A DNA stretch of 64,000 nt from an uncultured Clostridia bacterium (GCA_937895935.1 CALBKX010000024.1:72728-136727), one strand, 5' to 3'. Shown: positions 39,670 to 49,226, counted from the first letter of the stretch. The notes: generated by a model not told the origin, from the sequence alone. Numbers and translations are program-made.

Positions 39670-40827
39670 ATGGAAAAAAACTTAAAGCGAAAATATAACT
39701 TTTATATAAATATAAATAAAATACTTGCATTCTTTTTTATATTAGTTTTTATAACTTCTATAGTTATGTTTTTTGTAGTTGTTGGCGTAGATTCTTTATC
39801 GGAGTGGATTAAGTATTTTTTTGCTCTTTCTCCACTTTTTATACTGCCATTAAGCATATTTGGTGCTATTGCCGGTTTAAGTAACTTTTATTTTAAAAGC
39901 TTAAAAACTAATATTTATAACGAATTGAGCAAAAAGTTTGAACAAGATTTAATTGATTTTAAAATTGAAGAATTAAACAATTACAAAACATGGGAAGTGT
40001 ATTATAAGCAATTAGATTTAGAAAACATTAGACAACAAACTCTTATAAAATTAAAAGATATTTTTGTTCAAGAACAATTTAAGAGTTATAATGAAATAGA
40101 TTCTTTTAAAAAGCATATTGATTTATACAAAAAGACAATTAATAAAAATTTAATTGATGCTATTTTATTAGATTATAATAACAAGCTTATTGAAGTTTTA
40201 AAAACAAACTATCCAAATACTTTTAAAGAATTGTATTATGATATAGAATTTAGAATGGTTGAAAGAATTGTTTTAAGTTATATCAACGGCAAATCAACAT
40301 TATCAGAAAATATTTTATATGGTCCTGATGATAATTATCCATATAAACCAATTGTAATTGATTTAGATTACTTTCTTAATGATCGTCTTAGTTACGATAA
40401 ATATATTAGAACCGGTAAAGATATTAGAAAAATAAAAATAAGCATTCCAAATAAAACCCAAATAGATAAACTAAATGCATATCGTGAATTTTGTATTGAT
40501 TGTGCTAATACAGAAAGTATTTCATATTCAGAATCAATATCAAAAGCAAATTATTATTCAAGCTGTTTGGACAATTATCTTTTAGAAGACGAAAGATTAA
40601 AAAAATTACAATTGCCTAGCAATTTAAATAGTGATAAACTTATTAAAGAAAGTCAAGCAAAAAGAACTAATTATATTAGTCAAAACTTTCAAAGCTACAG
40701 ATATAGAAATCATTGTTGGAACTGCAAGACTCCAATAAATGAAGATTGGTTTAAATCATCTGTAAAATGTAGCAAATGCGGTTATTTCAAGTGTAGAAAT
40801 TGTGGTCGCTGTTTTTGTGATAAATGA
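39670..40827 (+). CDS. Hypothetical membrane protein with C-terminal multi-CxxC zinc-ribbon cluster, inserted between mutS and mutL
   Basis: Two N-terminal TM helices, a helical K/E/N-rich middle, and a C-terminus HCWNCKTPINEDWFKSSVKCSKCGYFKCRNCGRCFCDK. Starts 2 nt after the mutS stop. Confidence 0.65.
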   Translation: MEKNLKRKYNFYININKILAFFFILVFITSIVMFFVVVGVDSLSEWIKYFFALSPLFILPLSIFGAIAGLSNFYFKSLKTNIYNELSKKFEQDLIDFKIEELNNYKTWEVYYKQLDLENIRQQTLIKLKDIFVQEQFKSYNEIDSFKKHIDLYKKTINKNLIDAILLDYNNKLIEVLKTNYPNTFKELYYDIEFRMVERIVLSYINGKSTLSENILYGPDDNYPYKPIVIDLDYFLNDRLSYDKYIRTGKDIRKIKISIPNKTQIDKLNAYREFCIDCANTESISYSESISKANYYSSCLDNYLLEDERLKKLQLPSNLNSDKLIKESQAKRTNYISQNFQSYRYRNHCWNCKTPINEDWFKSSVKCSKCGYFKCRNCGRCFCDK

Positions 40828-40848
40828 TGAACAAAAGAAGGAAATATT

Positions 40849-42777
40849 ATGTCAATAAAAATATTAAGTAAAAATGTTATAAATCAAATTTCAGCCGGTG
40901 AAGTAGTTGAAAAACCTGCCTCCATAGTTAAAGAATTAGTTGAAAATAGTATTGATGCTGGTGCAACAGAAATAGTTATAGAAATTAAAAACGGTGGGAT
41001 AGATTACATTTCCGTACAAGATAATGGAACGGGAATTAATTCAAATGAAATAAAACTAGCATTCACACCACATGCAACAAGCAAATTAGAAAAAATAGAT
41101 GATTTAAATAGCATTGCAACAATGGGTTTCAGAGGAGAAGCGTTAGCTACAATTTCTGCCGTTAGCAAAGTTACTTTAATTACAAAAACAGAAAACGAAG
41201 ATATTGGCACAATGGTTTATTTAGAAGGTGGAGAAGAAATATATCAAAAGGAAGTTGCCACAGTAAAAGGAACTAAAATTCAAGTAGAAAATATATTTTA
41301 TAACACTCCTGCTAGATTAAAGTTTTTAAGGAAACCAAAAACCGAAGAGAATGAAATAACTAATTATGTAGAAAAATTAATACTAGGAAATAGAAATGTT
41401 GCTTTTAAATATATAGTTGACAACAAATTAATATATAACACCATATCTAGTAATACGCATGATAAAATATATACTATATATGGAAGAGAAGTTGCAGACA
41501 ATATGTTGCAAGTTGATTACAACTCTGGTGAATATTTTGTTACTGGATTTATATCAAAACCAGAATTTGCGAAAGCGAATAGAACATATCAGAATTTATT
41601 TGTGAATAACAGATTTTGCAATAACGCATTAGTAAGTACCGCAGTTTCCAATGCTTATGAAAACTTTACAATGAAAGGTAAATTTCCAGTTTATGTATTG
41701 TATTTAAATTTGCCACAAAATGAAGTAGATGTAAATGTTCATCCAAATAAACTTGAGGTTAAATTTGAAAACACACAAAAAATATATCGAGTATTTTTTG
41801 ATGCAGTATTTAAAGCACTATCTGATTTTAATCATATACGCACAATTAACAGTGACCAAGAATCTACTCAAAATTTAAATGATTCAGTATTAAATAATCC
41901 ACTTACTGATGTTAAAAAAGAGGGTGTAAGTTTTTCCGATGCTGAGAAAAGAGAGGAATTTGATAGATTAATAAATGAGTATTCTAATAGTATAGTTGAT
42001 TCAAAAAACTCAACAGGCTCGTACGATTTCAGAACTGACAATCGAATTATACCTTCTATTGAAATCGAGGCTGAAAATAAACCAATTATTGAAAATAATG
42101 TATATGTAATAAATGATGATAATGATAAATCTGCTACCCAAATAAATGAAGATAATATCGAAGTTCATAAAGTTTTGCAAGAAGATTTTAAATCAGTTTT
42201 AGCTTTAGATTACAAAATGATTGGTGTTGCTTTCAATACATATTTAATAATAGAATTTGAAGATAAACTTTTTTTAATAGACCAACACGCTTGTCATGAA
42301 AGACAAAGATATGATGAAATAATGAATCAAATTAATAGCAATTCGCTAAAAGTACAAGATTTGTTAATTCCTTTCATAATAAAAGTTAATCAAAATGAAT
42401 CAAACTTTTTAATGAATAATTTATCTGTTTTAAACTCTTTTGGAATAGATATTTCTGAATTTGGTTATAATACTTTTAAAGTTTCTAGTGTGCCATTATT
42501 AATTTTAGATATGGACTTAAATATGTTCTTTGATGAAATGTTTGATAATTTGAATTCATTTGCAAAAACACCTCAAGATACAATTAAATCAAGATTTATG
42601 CAAATGGCTTGTAAATCTGCAGTAAAAGGTGGCGATCATTTAAGTGATTTAGAAATAAAATCATTATTAGATACGGTCAAAACAAAAACTGAGATTTTGT
42701 TATGTCCACATGGAAGACCAATTGTTGTTGAAATAACCAAAAACCAAATAGAAAAATGGTTTAAAAGGATAGTTTAA
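40849..42777 (+). CDS. mutL: DNA mismatch repair protein MutL (endonuclease type)
   Basis: GHKL ATPase N-terminus (VVEKPASIVKELVENSIDAG), C-terminal DQHACHERQRYDE and CPHGRP motifs. Confidence 0.95.
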   Translation: MSIKILSKNVINQISAGEVVEKPASIVKELVENSIDAGATEIVIEIKNGGIDYISVQDNGTGINSNEIKLAFTPHATSKLEKIDDLNSIATMGFRGEALATISAVSKVTLITKTENEDIGTMVYLEGGEEIYQKEVATVKGTKIQVENIFYNTPARLKFLRKPKTEENEITNYVEKLILGNRNVAFKYIVDNKLIYNTISSNTHDKIYTIYGREVADNMLQVDYNSGEYFVTGFISKPEFAKANRTYQNLFVNNRFCNNALVSTAVSNAYENFTMKGKFPVYVLYLNLPQNEVDVNVHPNKLEVKFENTQKIYRVFFDAVFKALSDFNHIRTINSDQESTQNLNDSVLNNPLTDVKKEGVSFSDAEKREEFDRLINEYSNSIVDSKNSTGSYDFRTDNRIIPSIEIEAENKPIIENNVYVINDDNDKSATQINEDNIEVHKVLQEDFKSVLALDYKMIGVAFNTYLIIEFEDKLFLIDQHACHERQRYDEIMNQINSNSLKVQDLLIPFIIKVNQNESNFLMNNLSVLNSFGIDISEFGYNTFKVSSVPLLILDMDLNMFFDEMFDNLNSFAKTPQDTIKSRFMQMACKSAVKGGDHLSDLEIKSLLDTVKTKTEILLCPHGRPIVVEITKNQIEKWFKRIV

Positions 42778-43658
42778 TGCAAAACGTTATTGTGTTATAT
42801 GGACCAACTGCAGTAGGAAAGTCTGCTATTGCTGTTGAACTTGCTAAACTAGTTAATGGTGAAATTATTTCTGCGGATTCTATGCAAATATATAAACATT
42901 TAAATATAGGCTCTGCTAAAATTACCAAAGAAGAAATGGATGGAATTAAACATCATTTGCTAGATATTAAAGAACCTACTGAAGAATATTCTGTAAGTGA
43001 ATTTTGCCAAGATTCAAAAAACAAAATTAAAGAGATTTTATCTAGAGGACATCAACCAATTATAGTTGGCGGTACAGGTCTTTATCTAAAAGCGTTAATT
43101 GAAGGATATGATTTTGCAAATACTTCTAAAAATGAGCAATTTAGAAAGGAATTAGAACAATATTCTAATGATAAACTTTATAATAAAATTTTAAATATTG
43201 AAGGAAAATGTGAGATAGATAAAAACAATAAAAGGCGTTTAATTCGATATTTAGAAATTTTAAAATATGGAAAAACTTTAAATAAAAATATTGATAGTGA
43301 TTACAACTATAAAATTTTTGCTATTGTTGATGATAGGCAAAAAATTTATGATAGAATTAATAATAGAGTAGATAGAATGATAAATAATGGGTTGCTAGAT
43401 GAAGCAAAATTTCTCTTGGGTTTAAATCTGCCAGAAAGTAATCAAGCAATTAAAGCAATTGGATATAAGGAGTTGTTTCCTTATTTACAAAATCAAGATA
43501 GTCTTGATAACTGTTTAAACCTTTTAAAGCAAAAGTCAAGAAACTATGCAAAAAGACAATTTACATTTATTAATCAATTTGATAATGTTGTAATCATTAA
43601 TTTTCAAGGGATAAAAGAAACGACAAACTTAATTGCAAAAAATTTGGAGAATAAATAA
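42777..43658 (+). CDS. miaA: tRNA dimethylallyltransferase
   Basis: P-loop GPTAVGKS; HHLLD, GGTGLY motifs. Confidence 0.92.
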   Translation: MQNVIVLYGPTAVGKSAIAVELAKLVNGEIISADSMQIYKHLNIGSAKITKEEMDGIKHHLLDIKEPTEEYSVSEFCQDSKNKIKEILSRGHQPIIVGGTGLYLKALIEGYDFANTSKNEQFRKELEQYSNDKLYNKILNIEGKCEIDKNNKRRLIRYLEILKYGKTLNKNIDSDYNYKIFAIVDDRQKIYDRINNRVDRMINNGLLDEAKFLLGLNLPESNQAIKAIGYKELFPYLQNQDSLDNCLNLLKQKSRNYAKRQFTFINQFDNVVIINFQGIKETTNLIAKNLENK

Positions 43659-44911
43659 TGGATAAAAAAATATTTTTAAAAGAATGTGAAAATGATTTAA
43701 AGGATAGGTTTGATGAATTAGATGAGATTGCATTTTTTAATCAGAAAAAAATTTTAAACGCTTTTCAAAAACAAAAAGTCGCTTTAAGACATTTTTATGG
43801 TTCAACAGGTTATGGATATGATGATTCAGGGAAAGAAGTCTTAAATAAAATTTATGCTGAAGTTTTTGGCGCCGATTCTGCAATTGTTTCGCCATTAATA
43901 ACCTGCGGAACTCATGCAATATTTTTGTGTCTTGCATCTATACTTAGACCAAATGATGTGTTATTGTCAGTCACTGGTTCTCCTTACGACACTTTAATTG
44001 ACTGTATTAAAGGGACTAAGTCAGATATTGGCAGTTTAAAAGATTTCAATATCAAATATGAACAAGTGGATTTAAAAGATGACAAAATAGATACTCTAGA
44101 AGCTTTAAACAAAATAAAAGAATTAAAGCCAAAAATTGTTTATTTGCAACGTTCGAGAGGATATGGCTGGAGAAAGCCACTCTCTATAGATGATTTTAAA
44201 TATATATTTGAAGAAATAAGAAAAATAAATAAAGATTGTTTTATTATGGTTGATAATTGCTACGGAGAATTTGTAGAAAAACAAGAACCCTCAGGTGTTG
44301 GGGCGGATATTGTTGTAGGCTCATTATGCAAAAATCCTGGTGGTGGTATTGTTCCTACTGGTGCTTATATTGCAGGTACTTTTAGAGCAATTAGCCTTAT
44401 TGAAAAAAGACTAACAGCGCCTTCAGTAGGTATTGAAGTTGGAAGTTATGAACCCGGATATAGATTGTTTTTCCAAGGATTGTTTATTTCTCCTAACGTT
44501 GTAAAAAATGCAATTAAAGGTGCATACTTAATTGGCAGAGTTATGGAAAAACTTGGCTATGAAGTACTGCCATCATCTAAGGAACAAAGTTTTGATATAA
44601 TTAAATCCATAAAATTTAAATCTGCAGAAGAATTAATTAAGTTTGTGCAATTAGTACAAAAATATAGCCCTGTTGATAGCGATGCTGTCCCAATGCCTTG
44701 GGATATGCCGGGATATTCAGATCAAGTAATAATGGCTGCGGGAACATTTGTACAAGGTGCTTCCATAGAAATGTCTTGTGATAGTCCTATTAAGGCACCT
44801 TACGTAGCATATTTTCAAGGTGGCTTAACTTATGAACATATTAAGATTGTAGCCGAAAACCTAATTGATGCTTATAAAAACACTGAAACTTCAACTTTAA
44901 TTGAAGTTTAA
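43658..44911 (+). CDS. YnbB-type PLP-dependent protein (methionine gamma-lyase / aluminium-resistance family)
   Basis: FYGSTGYGYDDSGKE N-terminal signature and LCKNPGG lysine motif; length 417 aa. Confidence 0.75.
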   Translation: MDKKIFLKECENDLKDRFDELDEIAFFNQKKILNAFQKQKVALRHFYGSTGYGYDDSGKEVLNKIYAEVFGADSAIVSPLITCGTHAIFLCLASILRPNDVLLSVTGSPYDTLIDCIKGTKSDIGSLKDFNIKYEQVDLKDDKIDTLEALNKIKELKPKIVYLQRSRGYGWRKPLSIDDFKYIFEEIRKINKDCFIMVDNCYGEFVEKQEPSGVGADIVVGSLCKNPGGGIVPTGAYIAGTFRAISLIEKRLTAPSVGIEVGSYEPGYRLFFQGLFISPNVVKNAIKGAYLIGRVMEKLGYEVLPSSKEQSFDIIKSIKFKSAEELIKFVQLVQKYSPVDSDAVPMPWDMPGYSDQVIMAAGTFVQGASIEMSCDSPIKAPYVAYFQGGLTYEHIKIVAENLIDAYKNTETSTLIEV

Positions 44912-45023
44912 ATACTTACATTTATGTAAGTGCTCGCTTGTTTGTCAAAAAGCGATGGCTAAGAACAGATGGATATAACATTAAAATGAGTCAAAATTTC
45001 TTTAAAATATGATTTTTATACTA

Positions 45024-45068
45024 CAAAAAAACAAGGTAAAACCAAATTTCAATTTTGCCTTGTTTTTT
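45024..45068. terminator. Bidirectional rho-independent terminator between convergent genes
   Basis: A-run, CAAGGTAAAA (45032-45041) paired with TTTTGCCTTG (45053-45062), then a T-run. Confidence 0.8.
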
Positions 45069-45077
45069 GTTTAAAAA

Positions 45078-45686
45078 TTAAAAACGTTTAATACAACCAA
45101 TAACTTTTCCTAAAATTTTACAGTCAATTGTAATTATTGGCTTATATAATTCATTTTGAGGTTGAAGTCTAACAAATTGTCCATCTTTGTAAAAATTTTT
45201 TACAGTAGCATAACCATCAATGTATGCAACGACAATATCACCATTTTCAGCATCTTGTTGTTTTTTTACAACGACATAATCACCATCGTCAATTCCTATG
45301 TTTATCATACTGTCACCAGCAACTTTAAGCATAAACAATTCCTGATTTGTACCAAAAACAGATTTACTCATAATAAATTCTTCTTCAACATTTTCAAAAG
45401 CTAAAATAGGTGAGCCTGCTGCAACTTTTCCTATAAGTGGAATGCAGGTGACATCATTTTTACGTTCTTGTTTGTTTTGAACATAATTAATGCTTCGAGA
45501 TTTATTGTCATGTTTCACTATTAAATTTTTTTCTACCAAGCGATCAACATATTTTTTTACTGAGTTTGTTGATTTTATATTTACACCTGAAGATATTTCT
45601 CTATATGATGGAGGAAAGCCGTTGTCATTAGTATAATTTTTAATAAATTCAAAAATTTGAGCTTCCTTCAAATCTCCCTTTTTCAT
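45078..45686 (-). CDS. lexA: LexA repressor
   Basis: wHTH N-terminus (FPPSYREIS), cleavage region VAAGSPILA, protease motifs VAGDSM and the catalytic K. GGGGG SD 8 nt before the ATG at 45686; an alternative ATG at 45701 lacks an SD. Confidence 0.93.
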   Translation of the reverse strand: MKKGDLKEAQIFEFIKNYTNDNGFPPSYREISSGVNIKSTNSVKKYVDRLVEKNLIVKHDNKSRSINYVQNKQERKNDVTCIPLIGKVAAGSPILAFENVEEEFIMSKSVFGTNQELFMLKVAGDSMINIGIDDGDYVVVKKQQDAENGDIVVAYIDGYATVKNFYKDGQFVRLQPQNELYKPIITIDCKILGKVIGCIKRF

Positions 45687-45798
45687 AATTAAAACCCCCA
45701 TATTTTATTTTTATTTAAAGTTAATTTAGGCTTAACGGCAAAATTTTGGTAGTATTATACCAAACTAAAAACAAAGGTAAAATCTTAAAAGTAATTTC

Positions 45799-45837
45799 AT
45801 TATATAACATATTTTTTATAAAGTCAAACATTTGTTT
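45799..45837 (-). promoter_or_regulatory. lexA promoter with overlapping SOS-type box
   Basis: On the minus strand: TTGACT (45827-45822), 17 nt, TATAAT (45804-45799). The palindrome AAAC-AAAT-GTTT (45837-45826) overlaps the -35. Confidence 0.6.
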
Positions 45838-45854
45838 ACTTTTTTTTATTTTAA

Positions 45855-47558
45855 TTAAATATTTAATCTTGTTTTGTTTTTTAAAATTATTTTCTGTGTA
45901 GCATAATAAACCAAATAAGTCAAAGTTAAACATATCGGATATAAAAGGCTTAAGGAATAATTATAAAAATTTTTAAATGAAAATCCAAATATTAAATTTA
46001 TTGCAAAGATAACTGGAATAATCATAATAGATATTGTTAAATAAACATAATTAATATTAAATTTTGTTAAGTCAAAAGCAATTCTTTTTTGTGGTGATTT
46101 TAAATATACAATTAAATTGTACAAGAAGTAAAGAGAAGCAATAACAGGGAACACTATATAGGTGATAGGATGATTTATTTTAACATTTATAGAATTAGAA
46201 TATATAATCCCAAATATAGTTGAAATTAATGCTACATACAAAAGAACAGAAGTTGAAGAAAGCATTTTTAATTTATTAATTCTTAACATATTATAATCTT
46301 TTTCTGTCTTTTTCAGTGCTTTATTAAAAGGTTTAAATTTAATATTTTGTTCTAAATAGAATTGCTGTAATGATTTATAGTTATCAAATTTTATCTTATT
46401 ATCTATCATTTCTAATTCTTGGTTTTCAGAATTAGATTTGCTTTTTTCATATAAATCTTTAACTCTGTCTTCATAGTTTGATTTTCTTTTAATATCTGGA
46501 ATTACACTATTTGCGTCTACATAAACTTCAAAACGGTGAGTATCCCATTTTGTTGGTTTAGGCATATCTTCAATATTTAAACGTTCGGTTATTAAAACTC
46601 CATCGTCTTGTTTATTTTCTTTAATTTTTTCATCATTTTTCATTATTGGTGTAGTATCAATGTTATCTTTGTTTTTGCCTATGTAACCTTTTAAATTGGA
46701 AAGATTTAATAAACTCTCAATTTTATTTTCAGTTTCTTCTTGTGGTATTTCATTTTTCATTTGAGGTTCGTTTTCAACCGGAATTTCTAAAACGTTATTT
46801 TCAATTACATCACTTTTTTGATTTTCTAAAGAATCATTTTTTATTGTTTGTGCGTCATTATTTAAATATGAATTATCTACATATTTTTTTTGATAATTTG
46901 GGTTTGCACTTTTAAAACTGTCACTAAAACTTTTGTTAGTTTTCTTCACATATTCAAAAGATATTTTATTTCCCTCATCTCTTTTTTCATAAGAGGTGAG
47001 TATTGGATTAATTAGTTTATCATTCTCATTTGGATTTTCGGTTTTAGCAATATCTTGAATTATTTCTACTTTTTCTTCCTTACATGGAGGTGCTACAATG
47101 GTTGAATTAGAGAAGAGGTCAAATTGCACATAAGCATCATCTTTTTTATTTTCTATAATAGGATTATCTTCAGGCAAACTTACTTTTTTATTAATACTAA
47201 ACAAGTTTTCTTGTTGCAAAACTTTAGTGCCATCACCATTTTCATTTTTTTTAGCAGTTGATTGAAAATTCTCCGGAATATCGTTTTTCCATTTTTCTAA
47301 ATGCTTTTTTCCTAAATCTGTTAGATGATAGTAATGCCTTTTACCGCCCATCTCGCTATCTCTCCAGTATGAAGAAATTAGTTTTTGTTCTTCCATTCTT
47401 TTTAAACTGGAATATAAACTAGGTTGTTTAATTGAAACCTTACCATTTGTATTTTTTAAAACCTCATCAATAATTTCATATCCATACTTATCACGCTCTG
47501 ATAAAGTCATTAATATTATGGTAGAAAGTTGACCTCTTGGGATATCATCTATTTTCAT
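45855..47558 (-). CDS. PadR-family winged-helix regulator fused to a long linker and a C-terminal 4-TM domain
   Basis: The start MKIDDIPRG at 47558 is preceded by AAAGGG. PadR signature LSERDKYGYEIIDEV...SLYSSLKRMEEQKLIS...RHYYHLTDLG. Four hydrophobic helices at the C-terminus. The ORF-track start at 47708 is an upstream extension across the promoter. Confidence 0.75.
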   Translation of the reverse strand: MKIDDIPRGQLSTIILMTLSERDKYGYEIIDEVLKNTNGKVSIKQPSLYSSLKRMEEQKLISSYWRDSEMGGKRHYYHLTDLGKKHLEKWKNDIPENFQSTAKKNENGDGTKVLQQENLFSINKKVSLPEDNPIIENKKDDAYVQFDLFSNSTIVAPPCKEEKVEIIQDIAKTENPNENDKLINPILTSYEKRDEGNKISFEYVKKTNKSFSDSFKSANPNYQKKYVDNSYLNNDAQTIKNDSLENQKSDVIENNVLEIPVENEPQMKNEIPQEETENKIESLLNLSNLKGYIGKNKDNIDTTPIMKNDEKIKENKQDDGVLITERLNIEDMPKPTKWDTHRFEVYVDANSVIPDIKRKSNYEDRVKDLYEKSKSNSENQELEMIDNKIKFDNYKSLQQFYLEQNIKFKPFNKALKKTEKDYNMLRINKLKMLSSTSVLLYVALISTIFGIIYSNSINVKINHPITYIVFPVIASLYFLYNLIVYLKSPQKRIAFDLTKFNINYVYLTISIMIIPVIFAINLIFGFSFKNFYNYSLSLLYPICLTLTYLVYYATQKIILKNKTRLNI

Positions 47559-47592
47559 TTGTTTAACCCTTTTTAATTTGTTACTTAATACG

Positions 47593-47621
47593 AGTATAGT
47601 ATCAAAAATCAAAAATGTCAA
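47593..47621 (-). promoter_or_regulatory. Sigma-A promoter for the PadR-TM gene
   Basis: On the minus strand: TTGACA (47621-47616), 17 nt, TATACT (47598-47593). The spacer holds a tandem heptamer reading TTTTGAT on that strand (ATCAAAA on the plus strand). Confidence 0.55.
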
Positions 47622-47683
47622 ATCAGTATTATGCAATAAGTAAAATACTTGAATAACACTATATTTTGTGGTACTATTTAAAT

Positions 47684-48331
47684 ATGGAATACAAATTAAT
47701 ACGTTCAAAAAGAAAAAGCCTTGCTATAAAAATTACTGATAAATGTGAGATAATTGTTTACGCACCAAATAAATGTGGGATAGATTACATAAATTCTTTT
47801 ATACAAGAGAAATCAAATTGGATTAATTCTAAAATGATTAAGCAAAGACAAAACGTGCAAAAATTAAACAAATACTCAAACTTAGAAGAAATTTTGTTTT
47901 TGGGAGAAAACAAAAAAATATATGATAACAATAAATGCTATAACATTGGTAATTTTAATATCAAGTATATAAAAACTTCCAAAAAGGGAAATATAATAAA
48001 AAACTTTTTATTAGAACAGGCAAAATTGTATTTGATTGAAAGGACTATAAAATTGGCTGAACAATTAAATTTAAGTTTTGGTTCAATAAAAATTATTTCA
48101 TCAAAGCATAAATGGGGCAGTTGCAGTAATAAAAAAGAAATAAGATTGAATTATAAATTGATAATGCTTCCAAAAGAATATATTGACTATGTAATTTATC
48201 ACGAGTTATGTCATCTAATAGAATTCAATCACAGTACAAAATTTTGGAATTTATTAAAAAAAATAGGATATAAAAAAACAGAAATAAAACAAAAATTTAA
48301 TGATTACAAATTTGTTTTACATCTATTTTAA
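47684..48331 (+). CDS. YgjP/DUF45-type zinc metallopeptidase-fold protein
   Basis: HELCHLIEFNHSTKFW (HExxH...H) and N-terminal YKLIRSKRKSLAIKI, typical of the family. Confidence 0.8.
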   Translation: MEYKLIRSKRKSLAIKITDKCEIIVYAPNKCGIDYINSFIQEKSNWINSKMIKQRQNVQKLNKYSNLEEILFLGENKKIYDNNKCYNIGNFNIKYIKTSKKGNIIKNFLLEQAKLYLIERTIKLAEQLNLSFGSIKIISSKHKWGSCSNKKEIRLNYKLIMLPKEYIDYVIYHELCHLIEFNHSTKFWNLLKKIGYKKTEIKQKFNDYKFVLHLF

Positions 48332-48337
48332 AATTAA

Positions 48338-49225
48338 TTAAGTAATGGATTTATTAAATGCTTTTTTAAAGTCATTTGGTAAATCTATTTTTAAATTAAT
48401 TTCTTTTTTTGTAATAGGATTTAATATTTTCATTTTATAGCAAACAAGGGCAGTGTGTGAAATTTTATCGCTTGTTTCACCATATAACGAATCTCCTAGT
48501 AGTGGGTGATTTATGCTTGCCATATGAACTCTAATTTGATGTGATCTTCCATTTTTTAGTTTAAATTCACACAGAGTATTTTCTCCATCAAAACCAACGG
48601 GTTTGACATATGTTATTGCTTTTTTCCCTTCATCAGAAATAATTCTTTTGTGGTTATTTATGCCCAATTCATTTTTTGTTGTCAAAATGCCTTTTTCTAT
48701 AATTATTTCTTTTTCAATTTTGCCAATTACTATAGCTAAATATGTTTTTTGTATATAATCATTTTCATTTAATAAATTGGATATAACACTATGTTTAGCA
48801 ACGCATACAAGTCCAGATGTTTCTTTATCCAGCCTATTAATAATTCTAACTGTAAAATTAGAATCTTTTTTAAGCATATAATTATTTATTGCACCTACTA
48901 AATTATAACTTAAGTGAAGTTTTGAGGGGATAGTTGGCATATTGCTAGGTTTTTTTATTGTTAAAATATCATCATCTTCATACACTATATTTAGTGGAAC
49001 TGTGCAAATATTGTGCCAAGATTTTGTGTTTGGGTTTTTATATAATTCTAAAATATCGCCATTTTTAACAATTTTATTTGTAAAAGCTATTTCTCCATTT
49101 AGTTTAATATATCCCTCTTTTTTCCTTAAATGTTTGATATAGTTTTCACTAAAACCATTACGTTTTAAATACAAATATATTGTTTCGCCGTCTAAAGAAT
49201 TTTTAACACTAACTTTGTTGTACAT
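48338..49225 (-). CDS. RluA-family pseudouridine synthase with S4-like N-terminal domain
   Basis: Catalytic motif NRLDKETSGLV and the HQIRVH motif. Confidence 0.88.
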   Translation of the reverse strand: MYNKVSVKNSLDGETIYLYLKRNGFSENYIKHLRKKEGYIKLNGEIAFTNKIVKNGDILELYKNPNTKSWHNICTVPLNIVYEDDDILTIKKPSNMPTIPSKLHLSYNLVGAINNYMLKKDSNFTVRIINRLDKETSGLVCVAKHSVISNLLNENDYIQKTYLAIVIGKIEKEIIIEKGILTTKNELGINNHKRIISDEGKKAITYVKPVGFDGENTLCEFKLKNGRSHQIRVHMASINHPLLGDSLYGETSDKISHTALVCYKMKILNPITKKEINLKIDLPNDFKKAFNKSIT

Positions 49226-49226
49226 A

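Noticed and set aside
45721-45933. 70-aa minus-strand ORF between the PadR-TM gene and lexA
   Set aside because: It spans the lexA promoter/SOS box and the 3' end of the PadR-TM gene in another frame. It has no RBS.
47559-47708. N-terminal 50-aa extension of the PadR-TM ORF (track start at 47708). Comparable 5' extensions occur at 23272 (pnp), 12870 (ADH), 54161 (thiI), 37016 (mutS), 8672 (rsmD), 47666 (ygjP), 35914 (miaB) and 45701 (lexA).
   Set aside because: In each case an internal ATG preceded by a Shine-Dalgarno, or by correctly spaced promoter elements, gives the family-typical N-terminus. The extensions run through promoters or upstream genes.
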